Shown in pieces: positions 10,653-19,881 of a DNA stretch of 64,000 nt (its first letter is position 1; the number at the start of each line of letters is the position of its first letter). The stretch comes from an uncultured Gemmatimonadaceae bacterium (GTDB taxonomy: Bacteria; Gemmatimonadota; Gemmatimonadetes; Gemmatimonadales; Gemmatimonadaceae). A program made the position numbers and the translations under genes. A model generated the notes under the pieces. The model was given only the letters and a program-made list of their open reading frames with translations, did not search any database and was not told the DNA's origin. The stretch covers positions 192,001 to 256,000 of the forward strand of contig CAWGJO010000027.1 of NCBI GenBank assembly GCA_963822945.1, in the 5' to 3' direction.

Positions 10653-11033
10653 ATGAAATTCCTCGTCGTGGATGATTCCGCGACCATGCGTCGCATCATT
10701 GTCAATTCGCTTCAGCGCATCGGCTACACCGACTGCGTCGAGGCGGCCGACGGCGCCGAGGCGCTCGCCCGATACACCTCGACCATCGGCTTCATCATCA
10801 CCGACTGGAACATGCCAAATATGTCGGGGCTGGACTTCGTGCGCGCACTCCGCGCCCGCGAGGACGGCCAGGCGGTGCCGGTTCTGATGGTCACCACGCG
10901 CAGCGTGCGCGAGGACATCATCGTCGCCGTCGAAGCAGGCGTCAACAACTACATCGTGAAGCCATTCACGCCGCCGGTGCTCAAGGAAAAGATCGACGCC
11001 CTCCTTCCGGGCGCGGCGGCCACCGCCACCTGA
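10653..11033 (+). CDS. cheY: Chemotaxis response regulator CheY
   Basis: MKFLVVDDSATMRRII..ITDWNMPNMSG..LMVTT..NYIVKPFT. Confidence 0.93.
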   Translation: MKFLVVDDSATMRRIIVNSLQRIGYTDCVEAADGAEALARYTSTIGFIITDWNMPNMSGLDFVRALRAREDGQAVPVLMVTTRSVREDIIVAVEAGVNNYIVKPFTPPVLKEKIDALLPGAAATAT

Positions 11034-11036
11034 CCC

Positions 11037-11717
11037 ATGTCGACCAGTCACGCGGAAGATTCGTTCTATACGTCCGAGGCCGCCCTGCGCCTCGTCGACG
11101 CGGCGCTCAGCGAACTCCGCGACGAGGGCGATGAACCCCTGTCCCTTTCCCCGGGCGGCGTCGGGGAGCAGGGCTCCGCGTCGATCGGCCTCGTGGGACT
11201 GTCGCGGATTCTCGTCCGCGCCTACGGCGAGATCACGAGTCTGCTCCACAACCTGCAGGAGAGCCGGGCGATGCTCGAAGACGCCGCCGTGGAGCGGCTC
11301 CAGCACACGCACCACAAGCTGCAGGAGGTCTCCAACGTCACCGAGATCGCGGCCACCGACATCCTGAATCGACTCGAGAAGGCCGTGGGACTCGTTGACG
11401 TGCTCGAAGGCGCCGATCAATCCGACCGCGCCGAGACCGCGAATGCGCTGCGCGACGAATTGTTCGCGACCATGAGCGCCATGCAGTTCCAGGACATCAC
11501 CGCCCAGCAGATCAACTACGCGTCGAGCGTCCTGACGGAGATGGAACAGCGCATGGCGCAGCTCGCGCGGATCTTCGACCCGGCGGCCTTCCAGACCGAG
11601 GCCGGCCGTATCGAACCGTCCGCCGCGGCGTTCGATCCCGACGCGTCGACGTTGAATGCCGACGTGCGTCAGGCGGTCGCCGACGCGATCGTCGAAACCG
11701 CCGGCCGCTCCGCCTGA
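11037..11717 (+). CDS. cheZ: CheZ-like CheY-P phosphatase
   Basis: KLQEVSNVTEIAATDILN..MQFQDITAQQI (DxxxQ catalytic motif) and C-terminal QAVADAIV; follows cheY. Confidence 0.78.
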   Translation: MSTSHAEDSFYTSEAALRLVDAALSELRDEGDEPLSLSPGGVGEQGSASIGLVGLSRILVRAYGEITSLLHNLQESRAMLEDAAVERLQHTHHKLQEVSNVTEIAATDILNRLEKAVGLVDVLEGADQSDRAETANALRDELFATMSAMQFQDITAQQINYASSVLTEMEQRMAQLARIFDPAAFQTEAGRIEPSAAAFDPDASTLNADVRQAVADAIVETAGRSA

Positions 11718-11765
11718 ACGGCGCGCCGCCATTTCCTCCGCCTCCCATTTCGCTGCACGACTCCC

Positions 11766-13704
11766 ATGGCCTTCTCCATCGACGACCTCATCGCCCTGCT
11801 GATGCAGGCAGAGCCGGGCGACCAGGTCATTCTCGGCGAACTCCGGGCCATGCTCGCCGGCGCTATCGTCGAGCCGAGCCTCTCCGACGACGTTCGCGTG
11901 CTCTTCGTGTCGGCGGCGCAGGCGGCCAGCCGCGGCGCGCTCGCCGATGTCAAGCGCCTGGTGACCGCCGCCGCTGACAAGCTCCAGGCCGCCGCCGAAC
12001 CGCCCGACGCGCCGGCGCCGGCCAACCCCGACTTCGACGCCGCCCTCGTGGCCGACTTCGTGACCGAAGGATGCGAGTACCTCGAAGGCGCCGAGGCCGC
12101 GCTCCTCCACCTGGAGACGAACCCCGGCGATACCGAAGCGATCAACACGGTGTTCCGGGCGTTCCATACCATCAAAGGCACCGCCGGCTTTCTGGGGCTC
12201 GACGCCGTCGCGTCGCTCGCCCACCGGGCCGAGTCGCTGCTCAGCCGTATTCGTGATCGCGAGATCACCTGCGCGGGCCGCTACGCCGAACTCGCGCTGT
12301 GTTCGATCGACGCGCTCAAGGCGCTGCTCGGCGAGGTGGCCGCCCCCCCGCCGGCCGGCGCGACCGCCAACCGATACGCCGAACTCACGCACGCCCTGGA
12401 GCATCTGGACGACGTCCGCGCCCCGGAAGACGCCGGCTCCCCGGACCTCGCGGCGCCGACCCCGACCCCGACGCCGGCGCGAGAGCCAACGGCCGACCAT
12501 CGCGCCGAGCGAACGGAATCCTCCGTGCGCGTCCGCACCGAGCGGCTCGACCAGCTCATCGACATGATCGGCGAGCTCGTCATCGCACACGCGATGATCG
12601 CCGAAGACGAACTGCTCGCCACGACCGCGGTCCACACGCTCGCCCGTAAGGTCACGCACGCCGGCAAGATCGTCCGGGAACTGCAGGACCTGAGCATGGG
12701 AATGCGGATGGTGCCGCTCAAAGGGCCATTCCAGAAGGTCCTGCGGCTGGCCCGCGATCTCGCCCACCGGTCGGCCAAGCAGGTGGACGTCGTGATCGAC
12801 GGTGAGGACACCGAGATCGATCGGAACCTCGTCGACGTCCTCTCGGATCCGCTGGTGCATATGGTGCGCAACGCCATCGATCACGGGCTGGAACCGCCCG
12901 ATGCGCGCGTGGCGGCCGGCAAGCCCGCGGCCGGGAGACTCTCCCTCTCGGCGTACCACGCCGGCGGCAACGTCGTGGTCGAAATTCGGGATGACGGGCG
13001 CGGTCTCGATCGAGATCGGATTCTCGCCAAGGCGGTTGCGGCGGGAATCGTCACGCCCGGTGCCGCCATTTCCGACCGCGAGATCTACGAACTCATCTTC
13101 GCGCCCGGATTCTCCACGGCCGAGGTCGTCACCGACATTTCGGGGCGCGGCGTCGGCATGGACGTCGTACGCCGGAACGTCGAGGCCATGCGTGGCCGTA
13201 TCGAGATCGAGTCGCATCCGGGCGCCGGGACGCGGTTCATCATCCGCCTGCCGCTGACGCTGGCCATTACCGACGGCATGCTCGTACGCGTGGGCGGCGA
13301 ACGCTACATCGTGCCCACCGTGCACATCCAACTGAGCTTCCGCCCCGAAGAGAGTGCGCTGTCGACGATCGCCGGCCGCGGCGAGATCGTGATGCTCCGG
13401 GGCGATGTGCTGCCGCTGGTGCGCCTGCATCGGCTGTTCGGCGTGCCCGACGCCGAGCAGCGATCCCACGCGCGGCCTGTTGATGGTCGTCGGCGACGCC
13501 GGCAGGCGGGTCGCCCTGCTGGTGGACGAGCTGCTGGGACAGCATCAGGTCGTGGCGAAGTCCGTGGGCGACGGCGTGGGCCGTGCGCCCGGTGTGTCGG
13601 GCGGCGCGATTCTCGGCGACGGGCGCGTCGGCCTCATTCTGGATGTGCACGAAATCCTGTCCATTGCCCGCGGCCACGAGAGCCGCGCGCCCCGCGTCGC
13701 CTGA
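11766..13704 (+). CDS. cheA: Chemotaxis histidine kinase CheA (frameshift near 13460)
   Basis: HPt FRAFHTIKGTAGFLG; VRVRTERLDQLIDMIGELVI; DPLVHMVRNAIDHG; ISGRGVGMDVV; the CheW-like tail LLVDELLGQHQVVAKS..GGAILGDGRVGLILD continues in another frame to stop at 13704. Confidence 0.93.
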
Positions 13705-13715
13705 TCGCGAGAGTC

Positions 13716-13742
13716 TCAAGTAATCGGGCGCCGATCCGATCC
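13716..13742 (+). promoter_or_regulatory. Possible internal sigma28 promoter before cheW
   Basis: TCAA-N15-TCCGATCC in the cheA-cheW gap; same pattern as the other three sites. Confidence 0.45.
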
Positions 13743-13798
13743 TGAACTCCAGGCCCGCAGATCGCGGTGCCCACGGAACCTGTTCAGGAGTACGGACC

Positions 13799-14299
13799 AT
13801 GAGCGTCGGCGACGCTACAACGGCCCTGCGTGCGGCCCCCCAGGCCGGCAAATTCCTCACGTTCTACCTTGCCGGCGAGGAATACGGCCTCGAGATCCTC
13901 AAGGTGCACGAGATCATGGGAATGCTGCCCATCACGCGCGTTCCCCGCACCCCGGAGTTCGTGCGCGGCGTGATCAATCTGCGCGGCAAGGTCATTCCCA
14001 TCGTCGACCTCCGCCACAAGTTCCGGATGGCGCACGACGGCGCCGAGGAAACCTGCATCATCGTCGTGCAAGTGCGCGGCGTGCAGATCGGCATCGTCGT
14101 CGATCGCGTGTCGGAAGTACTCGACATCCGCGAGGGAGACATCGAGCCGCCCCCCGAGTTCGGTGTCGACGTCGACACCGGCTTCCTGCTCGGCCTCGCC
14201 AAGGCCGATGGCCGCGTCCGCCTGCTACTCGACATCGACAGCGTGCTGTCCACCGCCGATGTCGCCGAACTCACCCCCGCCGCACACGCCGCCGTGTGA
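13799..14299 (+). CDS. cheW: Chemotaxis coupling protein CheW
   Basis: KFLTFYLAGEEYGLEILKVHEI..TRVPRTPEFVRGVINLRGKVIPIVDL. Confidence 0.96.
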   Translation: MSVGDATTALRAAPQAGKFLTFYLAGEEYGLEILKVHEIMGMLPITRVPRTPEFVRGVINLRGKVIPIVDLRHKFRMAHDGAEETCIIVVQVRGVQIGIVVDRVSEVLDIREGDIEPPPEFGVDVDTGFLLGLAKADGRVRLLLDIDSVLSTADVAELTPAAHAAV

Positions 14300-14393
14300 C
14301 GCTCCGGCGGCACCGATCCAGGTGCCGCCGTTTTACGACCCCCGCCCCCGGGGCGGGACCACTCTCGCAGTGCGCTAATCAACGGAGAAGGCA

Positions 14394-16527
14394 ATGCTGC
14401 AGAATCAGAAGATCGGAACCAAGCTCATCGGCGGATTCCTGGCCATTGCCGCCCTCTGCGTCGTGATCGGCGTGATTGCGAGCATCGCCATGAGCGGCAT
14501 GAAGAACAGCGGCGACGGATTGGCCCACAATCAGATTCCGTCGCTGGAAGCGCTCAACAAGTTCGAGACGGGCATCGTCGAGGTCGCCCGGATCGAGGGT
14601 GCGGTGCTCGCCGCCCGGCAAGTGAACAACGCGCGGGTGCTCGACACCCTCCGGGCCAATTATGCGACCGCGCGGACGGACGAGATCGAGACGGGCCGGA
14701 AGAACTACGCGGCCCTTCCCATGACTGCCGACGAGGACTCCACGTGGAAGGTGGTCCTGGCCAAGTACGCCGCCTTCAAGAGCCATATGGACACGGCGAT
14801 GACGGTACTCAGCACCGCTGATCTGAAGCGCAGTACGGCGGTGTTTCAGGAGGGACGGACCCAGTACCTCGCCATCAAGACCGACCTCGATCGTCTCGAG
14901 GCGCTACAGGACAAGGACGCCAGCCAGAACGTGATCGCCCTGCAGAACGCCAAGAGCAAGGCCGCCGTCGAGATCTGGGTTGGCGTCGCGATCGGCATCC
15001 TACTCGCTATCGGGCTCGGGCTGCTCGTCACACGGGCCATCGTCGCCCCGCTGTCCGTCGTCGCGGAACGCGCCGAGCGCCTGCGCACCGTCTGCGTAAC
15101 CGATCTGAATCGCGGAATCTCCGCGCTCGCCAAGGGCGATCTGTCGGTGACGCCGGTGGCGTCCACGAAACCCATCGAGAGCAAGTCCCGCGACGAGATC
15201 GGCGACATGTCGCGCACCGTCGACGCGATGATCCTCGCCACCCAGGCCTCGATCGCCGCGTTCGCGGAGTCCCAACAGGTCGTCCGGGCACTCGACGCCG
15301 AGACGCGCACGCTCACCCAAGCCGCGAAGAACGGCGCCCTCACCACGCGTGGCAACGCCACGGCCTTCGAGGGCAGCTTCCGCGAGATCGTCGGCGGTAT
15401 CAACGAGACCCTCGACGCCGTGCTGCGCCCGATCGAGGAAGCGGCTACGATTCTCGATCGCGTCGCACAGCGCGATCTGGCGGCCCGCGTGACCGGTGAC
15501 TACTCCGGCGATCACGCGCGCATCAAGCTGGCGCTCAATACGGCGGTCACCAATCTGGACCAGGCCCTCGCCGATGTGTCGGTGGCCAGCGAGCAGGTCG
15601 CGGCGGCCTCCGATCAGATCAGCTCCGGCAGCCAGGCACTGGCCCAGGGCGCCTCGGAGCAGGCCAGCGCCATCGAGGAAGTCTCGTCCAGCCTCCAGGA
15701 AATGGCGTCCATGGCCAAGCAGAGTGCGGCCAACGCCAAGGAGGCACGGGGGCTCTCCGTCGGCGCCCGCGAGGGCACGCAGTCCGGGGTCGAGAGCGTG
15801 AAGCGCCTCGGCAGCGCCATGGACAAGATCAAGGCCTCGTCGGATGCCGACGGCCAAGATCGTCAAGACGATCGACGAGATCGCGTTCCAGACCAACCTG
15901 CTGGCGCTCAACGCGGCAGTCGAAGCGGCCCGCGCCGGCGAGGCGGGCAAGGGGTTCGCGGTGGTCGCCGAAGAAGTCCGCAGCCTCGCCATGCGCATCG
16001 CCGAAGCCGCCAAGAACACCGCCTCGCTCATCGAGGAGTCGGTGCGCAACGCGGAACAGGGAGTGTCGGTGAGCGTGGAGGTCGGCAAGAGCCTCGCCGA
16101 CATCGAACAGCGCGTCACCAAGGTCGCGGAAGTCATGGGCGAGGTCACGGCCGCCAGCGAGCAGCAGACACAGGGCATTGCCCAGATCAACTCGGCCGTG
16201 GATCAGATGAACGGAGTCACGCAGCAGGTCGCGGCGAACTCGGAAGAGGCAGCCTCGTCCTCCGAGGAACTCTCCAGCCAGGCCGAACGGATGCGCGGGT
16301 TGGTGGAACAGTTCAACCTCTCGGCCATCCGTGCGTCGTCCGCCGCCCCCGCGCGCGCGGCCGCCGCACCGGCTCCCGCCAAACGGGAAGGAAAGCGGGC
16401 GGACACGCCCAAGCCAGCCCCGCGCCGCGCCGTCGCGACCGCAGGGGCCCGGTCGAGTCCCGCCGAGGCCGAGGCGCTGCTCCCGATGCACGACGACGGC
16501 GATGATGAAGTCCTCGGCCAGTTCTGA
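14394..16527 (+). CDS. Methyl-accepting chemotaxis protein (TM-4HB sensor-TM-HAMPs-signalling; frameshift near 15850)
   Basis: Two TM segments, HAMP (SRDEIGDM); the hairpin tip [37 protein letters not shown] lies in the next frame (ORF 15844-16527). Confidence 0.92.
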
Positions 16528-16535
16528 ACGCCCTA

Positions 16536-16579
16536 CGTGCCATCCGGTCCCCGAAGGCTTTCGGGGACCGGACGGCATG
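16536..16579 (+). promoter_or_regulatory. Strong hairpin between the MCP gene and cheR that covers the cheR start
   Basis: TCCGGTCCCCGAA-GGCT-TTCGGGGACCGGA perfect 13-bp stem, extended by CGTGCC/GGCATG. Confidence 0.6.
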
Positions 16580-17405
16580 CCGGCACTGTCCGCCGCCTCG
16601 CTGAGTGCGGCGCAATTCGACACCGTCCGGCAACTCGTCTATCGGGTTGCCGGCATTCACCTGTCCACGGGCAAAGAAGGGTCTGTCCGGTCCCGGCTCA
16701 CCCCTCGACTGCGCGCGCTCGGACTGCGCGACTTCGATTCGTACCTCGCGTACCTGGAGGGGGACGCGTCGGGTGCCGAGCTCGTGCAGCTCGTCGACCT
16801 CATCACCACGAACAAGACGAGTTTCTTCCGGGAGCCGGAGCACTTCGCACTCCTGCAGCGCACCGTCCTGCCCGCGCTCGCCGAGCGCGACGGTCCCATC
16901 CGCATCTGGAGCGCCGGCTGTTCCTCGGGCGAGGAAGCGTACACCATCGCGATCATCGCCCGCGAGGTGATCCCCGCCGGCGCCGACCGCGTGCGCGTAC
17001 TCGCCACCGACATCTCCACCCGTGTGCTCGGCGCGCGCGCGCCGCCATCTATCGCGACCAGCAGCTCAGCGACGCGCCGCCGGCGATCGCTGGGCGGCAT
17101 TTCGTACGCCACACGCCGGTCCGCGACGAATACCGACCGTGACGAGCGATACCCGCCGCCTCGTCCAGTTCGCGCGGCTGAATCTCATGCACGACTGGCC
17201 CATGAGCGGACCGTTCGACGTCATCTTCTGCCGCAACGTCATGATCTACTTCGACCGCCGCGACCCAGCAGCACCTGGTGCGGCAGGTTCGCCGATCCTG
17301 CTCGCTCCGGGGGGCTACCTGTTCGTCGGCCACTCCGAGAGCCTCACCGGCCTCGACCACGGGCTGCAGTACGTGCAACCGGCTGTCTACCGGGAGCCGC
17401 AATGA
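16577..17405 (+). CDS. cheR: Chemotaxis methyltransferase CheR (several frameshifts)
   Basis: ITTNKTSFFREPEHF; RIWSAGCSSGEEAYTIA; LATDIS; FDVIFCRNVMIYFD; GGYLFVGHSESL, spread over three frames. Confidence 0.9.
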
Positions 17406-17908
17406 CCGCGGCGCCGCTGTACCCAGAGTCGTGGGCGTCGGGGACACTGGTGGTCTCCGCCGATGCCGACGACGGAACTCGTGACGTATGCGCTCGGCAG
17501 TTGCCTCGGCGTTGCCGTTCGGGACGGCGAGGCCGGCGTGGCCGGATTGCTGCACGCGATGCTCCCCGAATCGACCATCAACCCGCAGGACGCGCGGCGG
17601 ACAACCCGCACGCTACATCGACACCGGCGTCCCCGCGCTGTTTCACGCCTGCTACCACTTCGGCGCGCGCAAGGACCGGATGACGGTGACGGTGGCGGGC
17701 GGCGCCTTCGGCGTCGCCGAACCGGACGGCGACCACTTCCAGATCGGCAAGCGCAATCTCGTCGCACTGCGCCAGATTGCTGTGGAAGAACGGCGTCCTC
17801 ATTCGCGCCGAAGAGATCGGCGGCCAACAGACGTCGCGCACGGTGTTCCTGCAGGTCGCCACGGGCCGCGTGCGGGTCCGCGCCAACGGCGCCGAGCATC
17901 CCCTCTGA
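17402..17908 (+). CDS. cheD: Chemoreceptor glutamine deamidase CheD (several frameshifts)
   Basis: TYALGSCLGV..AGLLHAMLP; RYIDTGVP..AGGA..FQIGKRN; AEEIGG..RTVFL in successive frames. Confidence 0.85.
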
Positions 17909-17931
17909 TTCCCATTCGCCCGGAGCTGCGC

Positions 17932-18363
17932 ATGACACTCACCGTTCTTCTCGTCGACGACAGCGCCGTGATGCGGCGGATGATCGCGCGCACGCTGGAG
18001 CTGAGCGGGCGTGCCCCTCGGCGCGGTGCTGTCGGGCGCGCGACGGCCAACAGGCGCTCGAGGCGGCGCGCATGCGAGCACGTCGATCTCGCGCTCGTCG
18101 ACATCAACATGCCCGTCATGGACGGCGAGGAACTGATCGATCGCCTGCGCGCCGAACCGCGCACCGCCTCGCTGCCCGTGATCGTCGTCTCCACCGAGAG
18201 CAGCCCCGCCCGCGTCGAGCGCCTGCAACGGAAGGGCGCGCGGTTCGTGCACAAACCGTTCACCCCGGAGATGCTCCGGGACACCATCCACGCCATACCG
18301 GGACTCGCCGATGCCTGCCGACTTCACGCCGCCGCTCCAGCGGGCGGTGATCTCGACTTTTGA
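17932..18363 (+). CDS. Second CheY-like single-domain response regulator (compensating frameshifts about 18010-18075)
   Basis: VLLVDDSAVMRRMI..LVDINMPVMDG..IVVSTE..FVHKPFTPE. Confidence 0.85.
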   Translation: MTLTVLLVDDSAVMRRMIARTLELSGRAPRRGAVGRATANRRSRRRACEHVDLALVDINMPVMDGEELIDRLRAEPRTASLPVIVVSTESSPARVERLQRKGARFVHKPFTPEMLRDTIHAIPGLADACRLHAAAPAGGDLDF

Positions 18364-18751
18364 GAATCTCGCGCTCCTGCTGCCGGCCGAGGGGAATGGC
18401 GGCGGCGACGACGAGGCTCCGATCGCGCGCGCCGTTCGCGTGGAGTTCGACGGGCCGCGGAGCGGCTTCGTGGAACTGCGCGCCTCCGCCCGCGTGATCG
18501 CCGACGCGGCGCGCAATATGCTCGCCGACGATCAACCGACGCCGGACCTCGAACTCGATGCCTTGGCCGAGATCGCCAACGTCGTCTGCGGCAATCTGGT
18601 GGGCGAGCTGGGCAGCCCGCACGACGTCTACCGGCTCGCGCCACCGGTCGCCGTGCCGCTCGAGCCGCTGCCGGCGGCGCACGCGGCCGTCCTCATCCGT
18701 CTCGAGCGAGGACGCGTCCAGGCGCGGCTCGCGTTCGGCCCGGCTGCCTGA
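18311..18751 (+). CDS. cheX: CheX/CheC-family phosphatase-like protein
   Basis: AVRVEFDGPRSG..AARNML..DALAEIANVVCGNL (ExxN motif)..YRLAPP. Confidence 0.75.
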   Translation: MPADFTPPLQRAVISTFENLALLLPAEGNGGGDDEAPIARAVRVEFDGPRSGFVELRASARVIADAARNMLADDQPTPDLELDALAEIANVVCGNLVGELGSPHDVYRLAPPVAVPLEPLPAAHAAVLIRLERGRVQARLAFGPAA

Positions 18752-18760
18752 GGCGCCACC

Positions 18761-19816
18761 GTGATCCGCGTCCTGGTGGTCGACGATTCCGCGCTCGTGC
18801 GCAGCGTCCTGTCCGAAGAGCTCGGGCGTTTTCCCGACATCGAAGTCGTCGGCACGGCCACCGACCCCTTCGTCGCGCGCGACCGGATCCTCGAACTCCA
18901 CCCCGACGTCCTGACGCTGGACGTCGAGATGCCCCGCATGGACGGGCTCTCCTTCCTCGAGCGCCTCATGCGCCACCACCCGATTCCGGTGGTCATCGTC
19001 AGTTCGCTGACCCCCGAGCACAGTGACGCGGCCCTCCGCGCCCTCGACCTCGGTGCCATCGACGTCGTGAGCAAGCCGGGGTCGGCCTACTCCGTTCCCG
19101 AGGTCGGCCGCGATCTCGTACGCGCCATCCGTACCGCCGCGCACGCGCGGCTCCCCAAACCGCACGCGCACGGCGGGCTGCCCGCAACACCAGCGGTTTC
19201 AAGCTCGAACACGGGAGACGCCCTCGCCCGTTTGCGCACCACCAACCGCCTGCTCGCCATCGGCGCCTCCACCGGCGGCACCAAGGCCATCGAGACGGTG
19301 CTCCGGGCCCTCCCCGCCTCGGCGCCCGGGACCGTCATCGTACAGCACATGCCGGCCGGATTCACCCGCGCGTTCGCGCAGCGCCTGAACGGGGTCTGCA
19401 CCATCGAAGTGCGCGAGGCGGCGGACGGCGACCTCGTCACGCCGGGTCTGGCCCTCATTGCCCCCGGCAACCAGCACATGGTGGTGCAGCGCAACGGCGC
19501 CCAGTTCGTGGCCCGGCTCAAGGACGGCCCTCCCGTGCATCACCAACGACCGGCCGTCGACGTGCTGTTCCAGTCGGTCGCCCGCGCCGCCGGACGCAAC
19601 GCCGTCGGCGTCGTCCTCACGGGCATGGGCGCCGACGGCGCCCGGGGCATGCGCGCCATGTACGACGCCGGCGCCTGGACCATCGCTCAGGACGAAGCCA
19701 GTTGCGTCGTGTACGGCATGCCGCGCGAAGCCGTCGCGCTCGGGGGCGTCCACGAAGTGAAGGCGCTGGATCGCGTCGCCCACGCGGCGGTCGCCGCGTT
19801 GCTCGCCGATGCCTGA
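18761..19816 (+). CDS. cheB: Chemotaxis methylesterase CheB (REC + esterase)
   Basis: TLDVEMPRMDG; IGASTGG; IVQHMP; RPAVDVLF; LTGMGADGA; QDEASCVVYGMP. Confidence 0.97.
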   Translation: MIRVLVVDDSALVRSVLSEELGRFPDIEVVGTATDPFVARDRILELHPDVLTLDVEMPRMDGLSFLERLMRHHPIPVVIVSSLTPEHSDAALRALDLGAIDVVSKPGSAYSVPEVGRDLVRAIRTAAHARLPKPHAHGGLPATPAVSSSNTGDALARLRTTNRLLAIGASTGGTKAIETVLRALPASAPGTVIVQHMPAGFTRAFAQRLNGVCTIEVREAADGDLVTPGLALIAPGNQHMVVQRNGAQFVARLKDGPPVHHQRPAVDVLFQSVARAAGRNAVGVVLTGMGADGARGMRAMYDAGAWTIAQDEASCVVYGMPREAVALGGVHEVKALDRVAHAAVAALLADA

Positions 19817-19881
19817 GTCCGAGCGGAGGCGTTAAGACTTACCCGCCGCGTGACGACACTGGCGGGCGGAGAAACCTCGAC

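Noticed and set aside
10464..13469. Very long alternative ORFs (for example 10464-13469, 20029-22656, 28912-31221, 32883-35795, 7250-9268)
   Set aside because: Shadow frames of well-supported genes; stop codons are rare in high-GC DNA and the translations are Arg/Gly/Pro-rich with no motifs.
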